Assembly (NCBI GenBank): GCA_965644295.1
Contig: CBFFRP010000616.1
Span: forward strand, 124,001-188,000
Direction: 5' to 3'
DNA from: Paraphysomonas bandaiensis
Taxonomy: Eukaryota; Protista; Chrysophyceae
Length of the DNA: 64,000 nucleotides
The notes under the pieces are model-generated. The model was not told the origin of the DNA, did not search any database, and was given only the letters and a program-made list of their open reading frames with translations. Shown one piece after another: positions 1 to 13,500 of this stretch; position 1 is the stretch's first letter; every line of letters begins with the position of its first letter. A program made the translations under genes and the position numbers.

Positions 1-1553
1 AGCATGTTTCAGTCATCCCGGAATATAAGCTTGAGGATAGAGGTGTGAGTTTCAAGAATTTTCATCAAGTGGATAAAACATCGTTAATGATGGATATGAT
101 TGCTGCTATGCAATCTCAGTCCCGGCGATTTTCCACGACGCCAAATTCGGATTCAGAGACTGGAGAGGTCAGAATGAGCTCCAGTTCCTGGTCGGAAGTA
201 CATGGTGGCACGGAGGATATGTCTTCTGGAAGTGTTTTGATGACTTCTGGCGAGGCTTCTCTGGGCAAGTCTGGCAGTGTGTCGATAAACAGTGGACCTA
301 GTGGTACTCAGGCGGGCAGTGTTCTATTAGCCCCTGGTACTAGTGGAAATGATGCAGGTGCGGATGTTTCTATTCGCGGTGGTGATTCATTGTCAAGGGT
401 ATCTGTTGGCGGTGATGTGACGCTACGCAGTGGTGGTGGTGGGGCTGGGAGTGGAGATGTTTATATCTCAACTGACGAAAGCGATCAGGGCACAGGGTCA
501 ATAGCACTGATTACTGGTGATAGCGGTGCAGATGCGGCTGGTTCAGTTTCTCTTTCTGCCGGTTCTGGTGCGTCCGAAATCGGAGCAGGAGTGTCTGTTC
601 ACGGTGGTGACTCATTATTGTCTACTGGTACAGGTGGGTTGTTATCACTTTCAGCTGGCAATGGTGCCTTGGGTGGGGATATAACAATGGTAAGTGGTGA
701 TGGACATACCAGTGGAGGGGGATCTGTATCTATTAGAGGTGGCAGTAGCCTTTTGTCGTCATTTGGCGGGTCCGTGAATATCGATGGTGGATCGTCTGTT
801 GGGGGTTCTGGAGGGGACATCATTTTACGAAGTGGACGTAATAGTGGTGATGTAGCGGTTGCTTCGTTATCGATGTCAGGAAGTTCTTCTGGATTGGAGG
901 GGGGAGCTGTACATTTAATGAGTGGTGTAAATTCCGATTTCACAAGTGGCAAATCCAGTTTTGGGACGTTGTCAACTTTTAGTGACAGTGGGTCTATTGA
1001 ATTCGCTACTGGTACTTCTCTTTCTGGACTTTCTGGATCTATTCTGTTAGCTACTGGGGCTTCTGATTCTGGTACAAGTGGTGACGTTCGCATCAATTCT
1101 GGTTCTGGTGAGTCAAGTCGCCCGGGCAGTATTACAGTGACTTCAGGTTCTGGTCAATTAGGTGGTAATGTAGCCGTTTCTGCTGGTGCCGGCTATAGTG
1201 GACCTGGGGGATCTGTATCGGCTTTGAGTGGAGGTTCTGATAGTAGTTCGTATGGTGGCGTCGCAACCTACGGTTCTGGTGAATCGATGGGATCTAGTGG
1301 ATCTGTGAGTCTTGGAAGTGGCGCTTCTGGTTCTGGTAGCTCTGGAGGGCTCATTCTATCAACTGGAGATGCGGTTTCTAGAGCTGGTGATATCACAGTG
1401 TCTGCGGGCTCTAGCACTTCATCAGAAACTGGCGCTCATGTTGTTATTCGTGGTGGTGATGTGTCTGGTCCTGGTTCTGTTGGTGGAGATGTGTCTGTAT
1501 CCAGTGGGGTTGGTTCAACTGGTGGTAGTGTGGATATTCGCAGTGCTACTGGT
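1..1553 (+). repeat. Near-identical in-frame duplication of 10615..12167 (offset 10614 bp = 3538 codons)
   Basis: Direct comparison. Shadow ORFs 599..1096 and 11213..11710 are identical. The three differences I spotted are synonymous (gta/gtg, tta/ttg, tcg/tca). Confidence 0.95.
3..131 (+). other. C-terminal half of ICA/Peptidase S74 domain, copy 1 (truncated by window edge)
   Basis: Translates HVSVIPEYKLEDRGVSFKNFHQVDKTSLMMDMIAAMQSQSRRF and matches 10617..10745 at the DNA level. Confidence 0.85.
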
Positions 1554-4500
1554 TATGACCTTCCCAGTGGATCGATACATATGTCTAGCTCTGATGGGTC
1601 GTTATCGATGTTTGCTGGAGGATTAGGTGATGTTGAGATAGGTTCTGGTAGTTTGCCTGGGTCTCCGGCTGGTCGGATTACTGTCGGTGGTCGTAGTGGT
1701 TCCATCGGAGGCGATGCAACTTTTTTTGCGGGAGATTCCTCAGATGAGTTTATGGGTGGGTCAGCACGTCTGACTAGTGGTTCAGGCTTGAATGGTGGCA
1801 ATCTAGTACTCTTAAGTGGTTATGGATTGTATGATGGTGGCGAAATTGATATTGCTGCTGGTAGTAGTGGAACTGGAACTGGCGGGAACGCAAAGCTTTC
1901 TGGTGGTATGAGTGCAACTGGTGATGGCGGTGCTGTTGGTATTATTGGTGGTAGTGGTGATCATAGAGGTGGCGCTGTTCGTATAGATGGTGGCACTTCT
2001 AACTCTGGACGCGGCGGATCGATTTTAATTGGTAGTGGGTCTAGTACTGATGATATTAGTGGTCATATATCACTTGGATCGTCTGTGTCTACGTCGTCGG
2101 GTATAGTTGATATATATACTGGGTCGTCTGTGTTATCTAGTGGTGGAATTGATATGCGCACAGGCAATAGTGACAATAATGCGGGGTCATTGAGTATTAG
2201 AACTGGATCTGCTAACTCTGTTGTTGGAGATATACAGGTAGTAAGTGGCAGTTCGCGACTTCATGTTGGCGGATCTGTTATTACTCAGGCCGGGGTAGGT
2301 GTTTCCGGTGGAGATGTCATGTATTCTTCAGGTTTCGGAAGTGAAGGTACTGGCGGTTCTGTCGAGCTGCTCTCGGGTTCTACAGCTGCTTATCATTCTT
2401 CTTCTGGGGTTGTATCGATGAAAACTGGCACTGGTGTTGGAGCCAGTGGTAATGTGGTTGTATCATCTGGGTCGTCGCTGTCATCGTCTTCTGGCTCCAT
2501 CACTATTTCTACAGGTGACAGTGTTGTTTCTGCTGGTGACATCAGCCTTCGCGGTGGTGGTACGGTCTCATCGCCTGGTTCATCTGTGCTTGTGGAAGGT
2601 GGTGATACACAATCGCAGGATGGCACTGGAGGTGGGTTGTTTTTTTCAGCTGGTTCCGGTGGTGCTGGAGGCGAATTGAATATTCGTAGCGGTGTCGGGA
2701 TTCATCATTCATCCGGTGTAGTTCGAGTGTCAGGCTCTGACACCGTAGGGTCAGGTGGTGGAGACATATTACTTGAAGCTGGTGGTGATGGTGGAAGACT
2801 CCATCTTATGGGCTCGGGTGGGAGATCTGAGGGGTCTGTTGTACTTTCAAGTGGATCTAGGTCAAGTTTTTCCTCGAGCGGTAACGTTGCTCTTATGTCC
2901 GGAGATTCTGAAGTGGAAAGTGGAAATATTCAAGTTTCTTCTGGGATATCAGGTGGTTCTGTCACAGGGTCGGTGTTGATTTCGACTGGCGAGTCAAGAG
3001 GGTTCGATAGTGGAAGTATTTCTATATCTGTTGGATCTTCCGAATCTAGACGGGGTGGGGTTTTGTCTCTGAACTCTGGTGACGGCATTAGTGGTGGGGA
3101 ACTTGATTTTAAAGGTGGGTATGCTAGTAGTGGCAGTGGTGGGGAAGCATATTTGTCGTCTGGTTCCAGCTCGTCTGTGAGTGGTGGTAGTGGTGTAGTT
3201 ATAGTGAAATCGGATACTTCTGTTGGCTCTAGTGGTGATGTGACAGTGATTAGTGGTAAATCTGACAGCAGTAGTTCTGGTAGTCTTAATCTTTTAACTG
3301 GCGATACACCTTCTGGTCAGAGTGGGAGTGTGCGTATATCTGGTGGTGTCGGGGTTGGTCCTGGTTCTAGTGTTTCAGTCAATGGTGGTAAATCTCTTGG
3401 GTCTGGAAACGAGGGCGGATCCGTCGCACTTGTAGCTGGTGACGGTGATGTGGGCGGCCATGTGATGATATCAGGTGGAGGTGGTGATTCCGGCCTAGGT
3501 GGTGCAGTCACACTGAAGAGTGGAGAAAGTGACATTGTTTCCCCTGCATCTCTATCTCTTGAGAACTCTGTCTATGTGTCGAGTGGGACAAGTGAAAATT
3601 TAGGAGGGAATATTCACTTTAGAGCTGGATCCCCTGTCCATCAAGGTGGAGTGGTGGATATATCAGGTAGTGGCGGTGTTGTTATATCTACTATGGACAG
3701 TTCAGGAAGCGGGGAAATCATATTGAATACTGGAGACAGCTCCACTGAAGCTGGAGACATCTCATTTGCTGCTGGGAAGAGTGGTGGTACAGGTGCTAAT
3801 TTTCTCGTGGCAAGTGGTGATGGGTTATCTGGCGGTGCGTTATTGTTATCGACTGGAGATGCGAGTTCAACCTCTGGTGGGAACTTTGAAATTGTCTCGG
3901 GTAAATCTCTTGGGGATTCTAGTAGTGGTAGTGTGAGCATATCTTCAAGTGGGTCGCTATCATCTGGTGGTATAATGGTACAATCAGGTACCGCAATGAT
4001 TGGGAGCTCAGGATCTGTAGTTCTACGATCCGGTGATTCGTTAGCCTCAGTTGCAGGCGATATGTCAGTTTTAGCTGGAACTAGCAATGCTGATGTCGGT
4101 GCGTCTGTTGTAGTTTCTGCTGGATTATCCACATCTGGTAGTGGTGGCGAGTTGCAAATGACATCAGGTTCTGGTGCCGATGGTGGCTTGTTGACAATTC
4201 GTGCTGGAGTTGGTTCTACTGGTCAAGGAGGCAATATAGGTATTTATGGTGGTCACGGTTCATCTACTGGCGGTCAAGTAGATATTGAAGGTGGTGATGC
4301 AGATTTGGCTGCTACTGCCGGTGATGTGCGTGTTCGTGGTGGAACTGGCTCTGAATCATCCAGTGGTGGTGAATTAAAACTAGGTGGTGGTTCATCTGCC
4401 GCTTGGTCTGGTGGTAACCTTGAAGTTTTCAGTGGAAGAAGCGCTTCTGGCAGTAGCGGAATTGTTAGTATTCGTTCATTTGAATCCAATCATGATAGTG

Positions 4501-7500
4501 GTAATGTGAAAATAAGTACAGGGTCGTCAAGCACAGGTCAAGCAGGTGATATTACATTGCAGGTTGGGTCATCTGTTGGGACGGGTGGTAACGTGGACGT
4601 CGAGGCTGGGGATGGATCGGATGGAGGAGTAGTTTCGATAAGTGCAGGCAACGGAATTACTTCTTCGGGTGGTAGAGTGTCTTTAGTGAGTGGAGTATCA
4701 TCATCTATTTCTGGTTACAGCGGAACGGTACATATTAAATCTAGCTCATCTGATTCCTCCTCTGGAGAAGTAACTCTTTCATCTGGAACTGCCACTATGT
4801 CATCATCTGGTTCAGTATTGATATCATCTGGTGATGGTGCTTCAGCTGGTAGTGTAGCTGTATCTGCAGGATCCAGTTCTTTATATAGTGGTGCCGCTGT
4901 GAGTGTATCATCTGGTTCTACAACTGCTGCTAATGAAGCGGGGGGGGGGCTGACTCTAAGTAGTGGTGATGGCAGTATTGGGGGAAATATTGCTATTTCA
5001 AGTGGTTTGGGATTAGATGGGCGTGGTGGGGATATCTCGATGGGAGGAGGAGAATCTGGAAGTGTTGGGGGTTCTGTTAATGTCAGGGGTGGTTTCTCCA
5101 ATGTAGGAATTGGCGGTGATACCACTTTACAAGGCGGTGATTCAGAGTTGTTTGCTGGAGCCGGTCTTGCATTAGCTGGAGGTTCTCAACTCAAAGGTGG
5201 TGATGCAGTCTTGTCAAGTGGAGCTGGTGGCGACGTTTCTATCACCACTTCTCTGTCACTCAGCAGCAGTGGTTCTGTTGCCATTGGTTCAGGGGTTGCA
5301 TCGAGCGCATCTGGTGGATTAAAATTGGTGACCGGTCAGTCTGAACTGGGGCATTCTGGTGACATTTTATTATCTGTTGGTGGCGGGAACGATGCCGGTG
5401 GCATATCACTAGCATCTGGTTCAGGTGTCATTAGCGGAGGAGAAGTCGCCATTGATGGTGGTTCATCAATATCAGGAACTGGTGGCCGAGTGTCTTTGAC
5501 AAGTGGTATATCCACATCTAGTAGTGGTTCTGGCAGTGTTTCACTGGTGTCATCTGCGTCAACTGGACAATCGGGTTCTGTTACACTTTTATCTGGAACT
5601 GCCACTATGTCATCATCTGGTTCAGTATTGATATCATCTGGTGATGGTGCTTCAGCTGGTAGTGTAGCTGTATCTGCAGGATCCAGTTCTTTATATAGTG
5701 GTGCCGCTGTGAGTGTATCATCTGGTTCTACAACTGCTGCTAATGAAGCGGGGGGGGGGCTGACTCTAAGTAGTGGTGATGGCAGTATTGGGGGAAATAT
5801 TGCTATTTCAAGTGGTTTGGGATTAGATGGGCGTGGTGGGGATATCTCGATGGGAGGAGGAGAATCTGGAAGTGTTGGGGGTTCTGTTAATGTCAGGGGT
5901 GGTTTCTCCAATGTAGGAATTGGCGGTGATACCACTTTACAAGGCGGTGATTCAGAGTTGTTTGCTGGAGCCGGTCTTGCATTAGCTGGAGGTTCTCAAC
6001 TCAAAGGTGGTGATGCAGTCTTGTCAAGTGGAGCTGGTGGCGACGTTTCTATCACCACTTCTCTGTCACTCAGCAGCAGTGGTTCTGTTGCCATTGGTTC
6101 AGGGGTTGCATCGAGCGCATCTGGTGGATTAAAATTGGTGACCGGTCAGTCTGAACTGGGGCATTCTGGTGACATTTTATTATCTGTTGGTGGCGGGAAC
6201 GATGCCGGTGGCATATCACTAGCATCTGGTTCAGGTGTCATTAGCGGAGGAGAAGTCGCCATTGATGGTGGTTCATCAATATCAGGAACTGGTGGCCGAG
6301 TGTCTTTGACAAGTGGTATATCCACATCTAGTAGTGGTTCTGGCAGTGTTTCACTGGTGTCATCTGCGTCAACTGGACAATCGGGTTCTGTTACACTTTT
6401 ATCTGGAACTGCCACTATGTCTTCATCTGGTTCAGTATTGATATCATCTGGTGATGGTGCTTCAGCTGGTAGTGTAGCTGTATCTGCAGGATCCAGTTCT
6501 TTATATAGTGGTGCCGCTGTGAGTGTATCATCTGGTTCTACAACTGCTGCTAATGAAGCGGGGGGGGGGCTGACTCTAAGTAGTGGTGATGGCAGTATTG
6601 GGGGAAATATTGCTATTTCAAGTGGTTTGGGATTAGATGGGCGTGGAGGTTCGGTGGAAGTAGCTGCTGGTCATAGTGCCGCCTCAGCTGGTGGAGTTTT
6701 GTCTTTGAGAGGAGGTGCGTCAATGTATGGTGACGGTGGTGGAGTGTCTGTTTCTGGGGGATCGTCTTCTAGTGGCTCTGCTGGTGAACTGACATTAATG
6801 TCTGGTGAATCTGTGAGTGCTGTCAGCGGAAGTGTTCTTTTACAATCGTCCAATTCTCATTTGACAAGTGGCGGGGCACTTGTAGGCTCTGGTTCTTCCT
6901 CAATATCCAACTCAGGCAATGTAAATATCCTGACTGGCAATTCCGATTTGTCCTCTGCTGGTTCTGTTGATGTTGCTGTGGGACGCAGTGGTGGTGTTGG
7001 TGGTGATATATTATTTTCATCTGGTTCTGGCACCGATGGGGGTGGTATTGTCGCTGTCGGTGGATTTGGAACTAGCGGGGGAGGTGGTGATATATCGCTA
7101 GAGAGTGGCAGTAGTGGTGTGTCTGATGCATCATCTGGAGCATTATATTTGTCTACTGGTTCCACGGTGGGCGCTTCTGGTGAAGTGTCAGTTTTAACTG
7201 GTATGTCCACGTCGCTATCATCTGGATCGATTACTATAGCGACGGGAGAAAGTTCAACCTCCGCAGGAGATATTAAAATTAGCGGGGGGGCTTCTCAGTC
7301 GTCCTCATCTGGATCCTCAGTTTCTATAAATGGAGGTGACACTCAATCTGCAATAGGCTCTGGAGGTTCTTTGTCACTCTCAGCTGGGTCTGGTGCGTAT
7401 GGAGGTGACATAAGTGTTCTTAGCGGATACGGATTGGAGCATTCTGCTGGGAACTTGAAACTGTCCGGATCTTCTTCAATTGATGGCACTGGCGGCGATG

Positions 7501-10500
7501 TTCATATTCTTTCCGGATCTAGTGGTGCATCTGCTGCTTTCCTGAGTGACGATGTCATCCTTAGTAGTGGTGTGGAAGGTTCAGTTTATATCCAGACAAG
7601 GACTGATGATGATCAGCAAAGTGGAGAAATTGTACTCTCAACAGGTTCCACTGAGCTGGATTCGGCGGGTAGCATTTCCATTGCTGTTGGTCATAGTTCT
7701 GCCCCGTTATCAACTGGTGGTGATCTTCAAATGTCATCGGGAACTGCTGCGCATGGTGGGTTCATTGCTGTGGATGGAGGTGACGGATCTGTTGGTGCTG
7801 GTGGCTCTGTTCAAATAAGTAGTGGGCAGTCATTATCGTATAGTAGTGGTGATGTTTCGTTTCTTTCTTCGGGAGGTATGGTTGGCTCAGGCGTGCTTTC
7901 AGTGTCTACGGGCAATAGCGCTGAAGGCGGATCAGGTGCTGTTTTGCTAAGCACTGGAGATGGTTCCACTGCTGGTAGAATTGATATTGCGACTGGGTCA
8001 AGTGGGTCTGGAGTCGGTGCTGATGTCTCGATTTCAGCGGGAACTTCACGTCTCGCTGGTTATTCTGGTGGTTCTGTTGGGTTAAGTGGAGGTGACGGTA
8101 GCATAGGTGGAAGTGTTGATATTATCAGTGGTAGCGGCTCTGCATCAGGTGGTGGAAGTGTGCATATTTCCGGTGGGAAGGGTGATAGCGTGGACCATGT
8201 TCCTAGTGGATCAGTATTGGTTGATGCAGGATCTTCTGTACTTGGAGGTAATTTAGCATTATCTGCTGGACTGGGATTTGTTGAGAGTGGAAATGTTTTC
8301 ATTAGAGGTGGTGCTGCGAGTGGCACCCCTGGTGGATCAGTGTTTATTGAAGGTGGGTCTAGTTCAGCTGGGCTTACTGGTTCATTACATTTGAACACTC
8401 TGTCCTCCCAGTCAGGAACAGGGAATATTGTTTTCACCTCAGGTAGTTCTGTTAGTGGTCCCTCGGGAAATATTGATATGGTTTCGGGGGATACTGACCA
8501 GTCGTCACCAGGAAGAGTACATCTGTCTGTTGGAGAAAGTGGCCGAGGAAGCGGAAGTGATATTGTTTTGAAAGGTGGCTCTGCTTTCTTGAAGGGCGGA
8601 TCTATAGCTGCATTCGGTGGAGCTAGCTCCACCTCTGAAGGCGGGTCTGTGGCACTATTGAGTGGAATCTCTACCGCTGAGAAAAGTGGAACTGTCCGTA
8701 TCATGAGTAGTAGTGGTAAAGGCGGTAGTGGAACTGTGCAAATTGCTAGTGGGTATGTTGATGGTGGCACGTCGGGGTCTATATACATGGTCTCAGGTGA
8801 TACAAACTCTGGGAGTGCTGGTGATATATATATTTCTCCTGGGGCAAGTACGTCAACTGAGGGTGCCATGGTTGCAACTCGTGGTGGTGATGCGTCTGGT
8901 CCTGGTTCTGTTGGTGGAGATGTGTCTATATCCAGTGGGGTTGGTTCAACTGGTGGTAGTGTGGATATTCGCAGTGCTACTGGTATTGAAGGTCTGGGTG
9001 GTAGCATCAGGGTCGAAGCTCAAGCAAGTGAATTGCGCGCAGGATCTTTATCTCTTACAGCAGGGCATTCGAGTAATAATGTTGGAGGCGATGTGGATGT
9101 CAGCGGGGGTTCAAGTGCATCAGGAGTAGGGGGCACTGTGGTTATTGCAGGTGGTTTGTCAGAAGATAGTTCTGGCGGTTCGGTACTGATATCTTCTGGC
9201 GTTTCTAGTACTATGAGTTCTGGGGAAGTTTCAATACAGTCAGCAGAGAGCGGCCATGGGAGTGGAAATGTTCATCTTCATAGTGGTTTATCTCATGACA
9301 TTTCTGGCGCTGTGTCAGTGTCTTCAGGTGTATCCATGACTGAATCATCGGGGAATGTTGAAATTTCTACTGGATTTGTGGGGGAATCTGGTGTAGTTAG
9401 TGGTTCGATTGATATCCACACAGGTGTGGCACCTTTAGGAGGAAGTATCACTATTGGTGGTGGTACGGGCAGTACATATTCTGGTGGGTCGCTGTCCTTC
9501 AGCAGTGGTGTTAGTCAATCTCTATCTTCAGCAAGTGGAGACGTAGAGCTGTCTACTTCTGACAGTGTCGGTGCATCTGGAATCATGCAAATATACACTG
9601 GGACGTCATCTGGTGAGACCGGGTCGATTAATATTGCTAGTGGGAGTTCTTCTGATGCCCCAGCTGGTGGTATTTTCATCAAAGGTGGTAGTGGTGCACA
9701 ATCGGGATCAGATGTAGTTCTTCATGCAGGCAGTGCATCGTCGGATGAAAGCAAAGGTGGTGGAGTGGATATAACCGCTGGTGATGGCTCGTTCGGCGGT
9801 GATGTGGTCATTGGTTCTGGTAATGGTTTCACCAGTAAATCCGGTGGTGCAATAGACATCAGATCTGGTGGTGGAGGAGTGGTAGTGAGTAGCGGAGACG
9901 CGAGCGTGGATGGTTTGACTGGCGATATTGTGGTCAGCACGGGTTCTGGTACTGCCACTGGATCTCTATCTTTGTCAACTGGGCATGGGTTTGGGACCGT
10001 TGCTGGTGGCATTGAACTAAGTGTTGGGTCCTCTGCAAGCGGTTCTGGATCGGATATATTGTTATCTGCTGGAGATTCTGAGTCAAGTGGTGGCTCTGTA
10101 TCAGTAGTTGGTGGAAGTAGTGCCACTGCGTCTGGTGGTGATGTTTTGGTGACTGCCGGTTCAGGTTCAGAATCTGGTCGGGCCGTGCTTCAGACTGCAA
10201 CGGGTAGTGATAAGGTAACCTTGTCTGATGGTAGGGTGGATGTGCATTCTTCCGGTGGAATATCATTAAAAGTTCCGGTTTCATCTGATGCTACTTCCAC
10301 GATGATTGCTTTTGGTTACGAAGACCCATCAACAGGGAATTCCAAGTATGATCTACGATTACAGCAGTCGTCTGATTCAACTCGGTCAATCGTTGCTAGT
10401 GCTCCTCTCCAAGTGTCCAAGGTTGACTATCCGGCCGATAGTCGCATCAAACGTGATATTGACACCGTGGATACAGATTCTCTTTTGCACCGTTTGAATC

Positions 10501-13500
10501 AGGTCAAGATTCAGAGCTACCGCTACACCAAGGACTGGTTAGAAGCCCGTGATGACATAGAGGATATTCGTGTTCGTGGAGTCATTGCTGAGGATTTAGC
10601 GCAGGTGTTCCCTGAGCATGTTTCAGTCATCCCGGAATATAAGCTTGAGGATAGAGGTGTGAGTTTCAAGAATTTTCATCAAGTGGATAAAACATCGTTA
10701 ATGATGGATATGATTGCTGCTATGCAATCTCAGTCCCGGCGATTTTCCACGACGCCAAATTCGGATTCAGAGACTGGAGAGGTCAGAATGAGCTCCAGTT
10801 CCTGGTCGGAAGTACATGGTGGCACGGAGGATATGTCTTCTGGAAGTGTTTTGATGACTTCTGGCGAGGCTTCTCTGGGCAAGTCTGGCAGTGTGTCGAT
10901 AAACAGTGGACCTAGTGGTACTCAGGCGGGCAGTGTTCTATTAGCCCCTGGTACTAGTGGAAATGATGCAGGTGCGGATGTTTCTATTCGCGGTGGTGAT
11001 TCATTGTCAAGGGTGTCTGTTGGCGGTGATGTGACGCTACGCAGTGGTGGTGGTGGGGCTGGGAGTGGAGATGTTTATATCTCAACTGACGAAAGCGATC
11101 AGGGCACAGGGTCAATAGCACTGATTACTGGTGATAGCGGTGCAGATGCGGCTGGTTCAGTTTCTCTTTCTGCCGGTTCTGGTGCGTCCGAAATCGGAGC
11201 AGGAGTGTCTGTTCACGGTGGTGACTCATTATTGTCTACTGGTACAGGTGGGTTGTTATCACTTTCAGCTGGCAATGGTGCCTTGGGTGGGGATATAACA
11301 ATGGTAAGTGGTGATGGACATACCAGTGGAGGGGGATCTGTATCTATTAGAGGTGGCAGTAGCCTTTTGTCGTCATTTGGCGGGTCCGTGAATATCGATG
11401 GTGGATCGTCTGTTGGGGGTTCTGGAGGGGACATCATTTTACGAAGTGGACGTAATAGTGGTGATGTAGCGGTTGCTTCGTTATCGATGTCAGGAAGTTC
11501 TTCTGGATTGGAGGGGGGAGCTGTACATTTGATGAGTGGTGTAAATTCCGATTTCACAAGTGGCAAATCCAGTTTTGGGACGTTGTCAACTTTTAGTGAC
11601 AGTGGGTCTATTGAATTCGCTACTGGTACTTCTCTTTCTGGACTTTCTGGATCTATTCTGTTAGCTACTGGGGCTTCTGATTCTGGTACAAGTGGTGACG
11701 TTCGCATCAATTCTGGTTCTGGTGAGTCAAGTCGCCCGGGCAGTATTACAGTGACTTCAGGTTCTGGTCAATTAGGTGGTAATGTAGCCGTTTCTGCTGG
11801 TGCCGGCTATAGTGGACCTGGGGGATCTGTATCAGCTTTGAGTGGAGGTTCTGATAGTAGTTCGTATGGTGGCGTCGCAACCTACGGTTCTGGTGAATCG
11901 ATGGGATCTAGTGGATCTGTGAGTCTTGGAAGTGGCGCTTCTGGTTCTGGTAGCTCTGGAGGGCTCATTCTATCAACTGGAGATGCGGTTTCTAGAGCTG
12001 GTGATATCACAGTGTCTGCGGGCTCTAGCACTTCATCAGAAACTGGCGCTCATGTTGTTATTCGTGGTGGTGATGTGTCTGGTCCTGGTTCTGTTGGTGG
12101 AGATGTGTCTGTATCCAGTGGGGTTGGTTCAACTGGTGGTAGTGTGGATATTCGCAGTGCTACTGGTATTGAAGGTCTGGGTGGTAGCATCAGGATCGAA
12201 GCTCAAGCAAGTGAATTACGCGCAGGATCTTTATCTCTTACAGCAGGGCATTCGAGTAATAATGTTGGAGGCGATGTGGATGTCAGCGGGGGTTCAAGTG
12301 CATCAGGAGTAGGGGGCACTGTGGTTATTGCAGGTGGTTTGTCAGAAGATAGTTCTGGCGGTTCGGTGACATTACAGTCCGGTTCTGGATTGCTCGGGAA
12401 TAGCGGTTCAGTACGTCTCCACTCCGTAGAGTCTTCCTCTGGTAGTTCTGGTAGCATTGTTTTATCTACTGGTGATGCCGCGGAAGGAATCTCGGGCGAC
12501 ATATCTTTGTCTGTTGGTGATTCGTTATCCCCAGGTCATGTGGACTTACGAGGTGGCTCCGGTACTTTGTCTGGTGGAGCTGTTGTTATGCACTCTGGCC
12601 AAAGTGTTTCGTCAGACGGGGTTGGTGGCTCTGCTTTAATTGGCTCTGATGTGTCCTCCGGGCGTAGTGGTGCAGTGTTCTTATCAAGTGGTTCTAGCAG
12701 CGCTGATTCGTCTGGGACAATTCGTGTAACGACTGGTGATAGTGCCATGGGCGCAGGTGATGTTTTGGTATCAGCTGGCCGTAGTGTGTCCGATCATGGG
12801 GCGACTGTATCTGTTGTTGGTGGTGACAGCGAGGGTGTTGCTGGTGCAGCCACTGTTGTTGGTGGCTCTGGTGCTACTGGTGGCGCGTTGAATCTTCATG
12901 GCGGCGTTGGAGTTTCAGGTGCTGGTGGATCGGTTGTCGTAGGAGCTGGAGTAGGCGCTGGAAGTGCTGCAGGTGGTTCTGTCTTGATCGAGGCTGGTAG
13001 TTCCACTGGTGAGGGAGATGGTGGTAGCATGTATATGTATGGTGGTGCAGGTTCCGTAGGAAGTGCTAGTGGTGGATCTGTTACAGTCGGTGGAGGTGAA
13101 TCAATTGATGGCCTTGGTGGATCTACCTCAGTGACATCTGGGGCATCAAAGACTGGTTCTTCTGGTTCTTTGTATGTTTCGTCTGCGTCCAGTCCATCAT
13201 CTGGTCACTTATTTTTATCGACTGGCGCTTCTTCTTCTGGAATAAGTGGCGATATTAAAATTGCTGTGGGTGATACCATCTCGGCACATTACTCACCGGG
13301 TAACTTACATGCTATATCTGGAAGTGGGCCCTCGGGAGGGTATGTTGATATTCGTGGTGGTCAGGGAACACTACATGGTGGTGGTGGAGTGCTACTCTCT
13401 TCTGGTTCTACAACCACAGCAGATAGATATAGCGGTGAGGTTTCTGTCCTTTCTAGTGCTTCTAATGCAGGAAGTGGAATGGTGTCAGTTGAAAGCGGAT

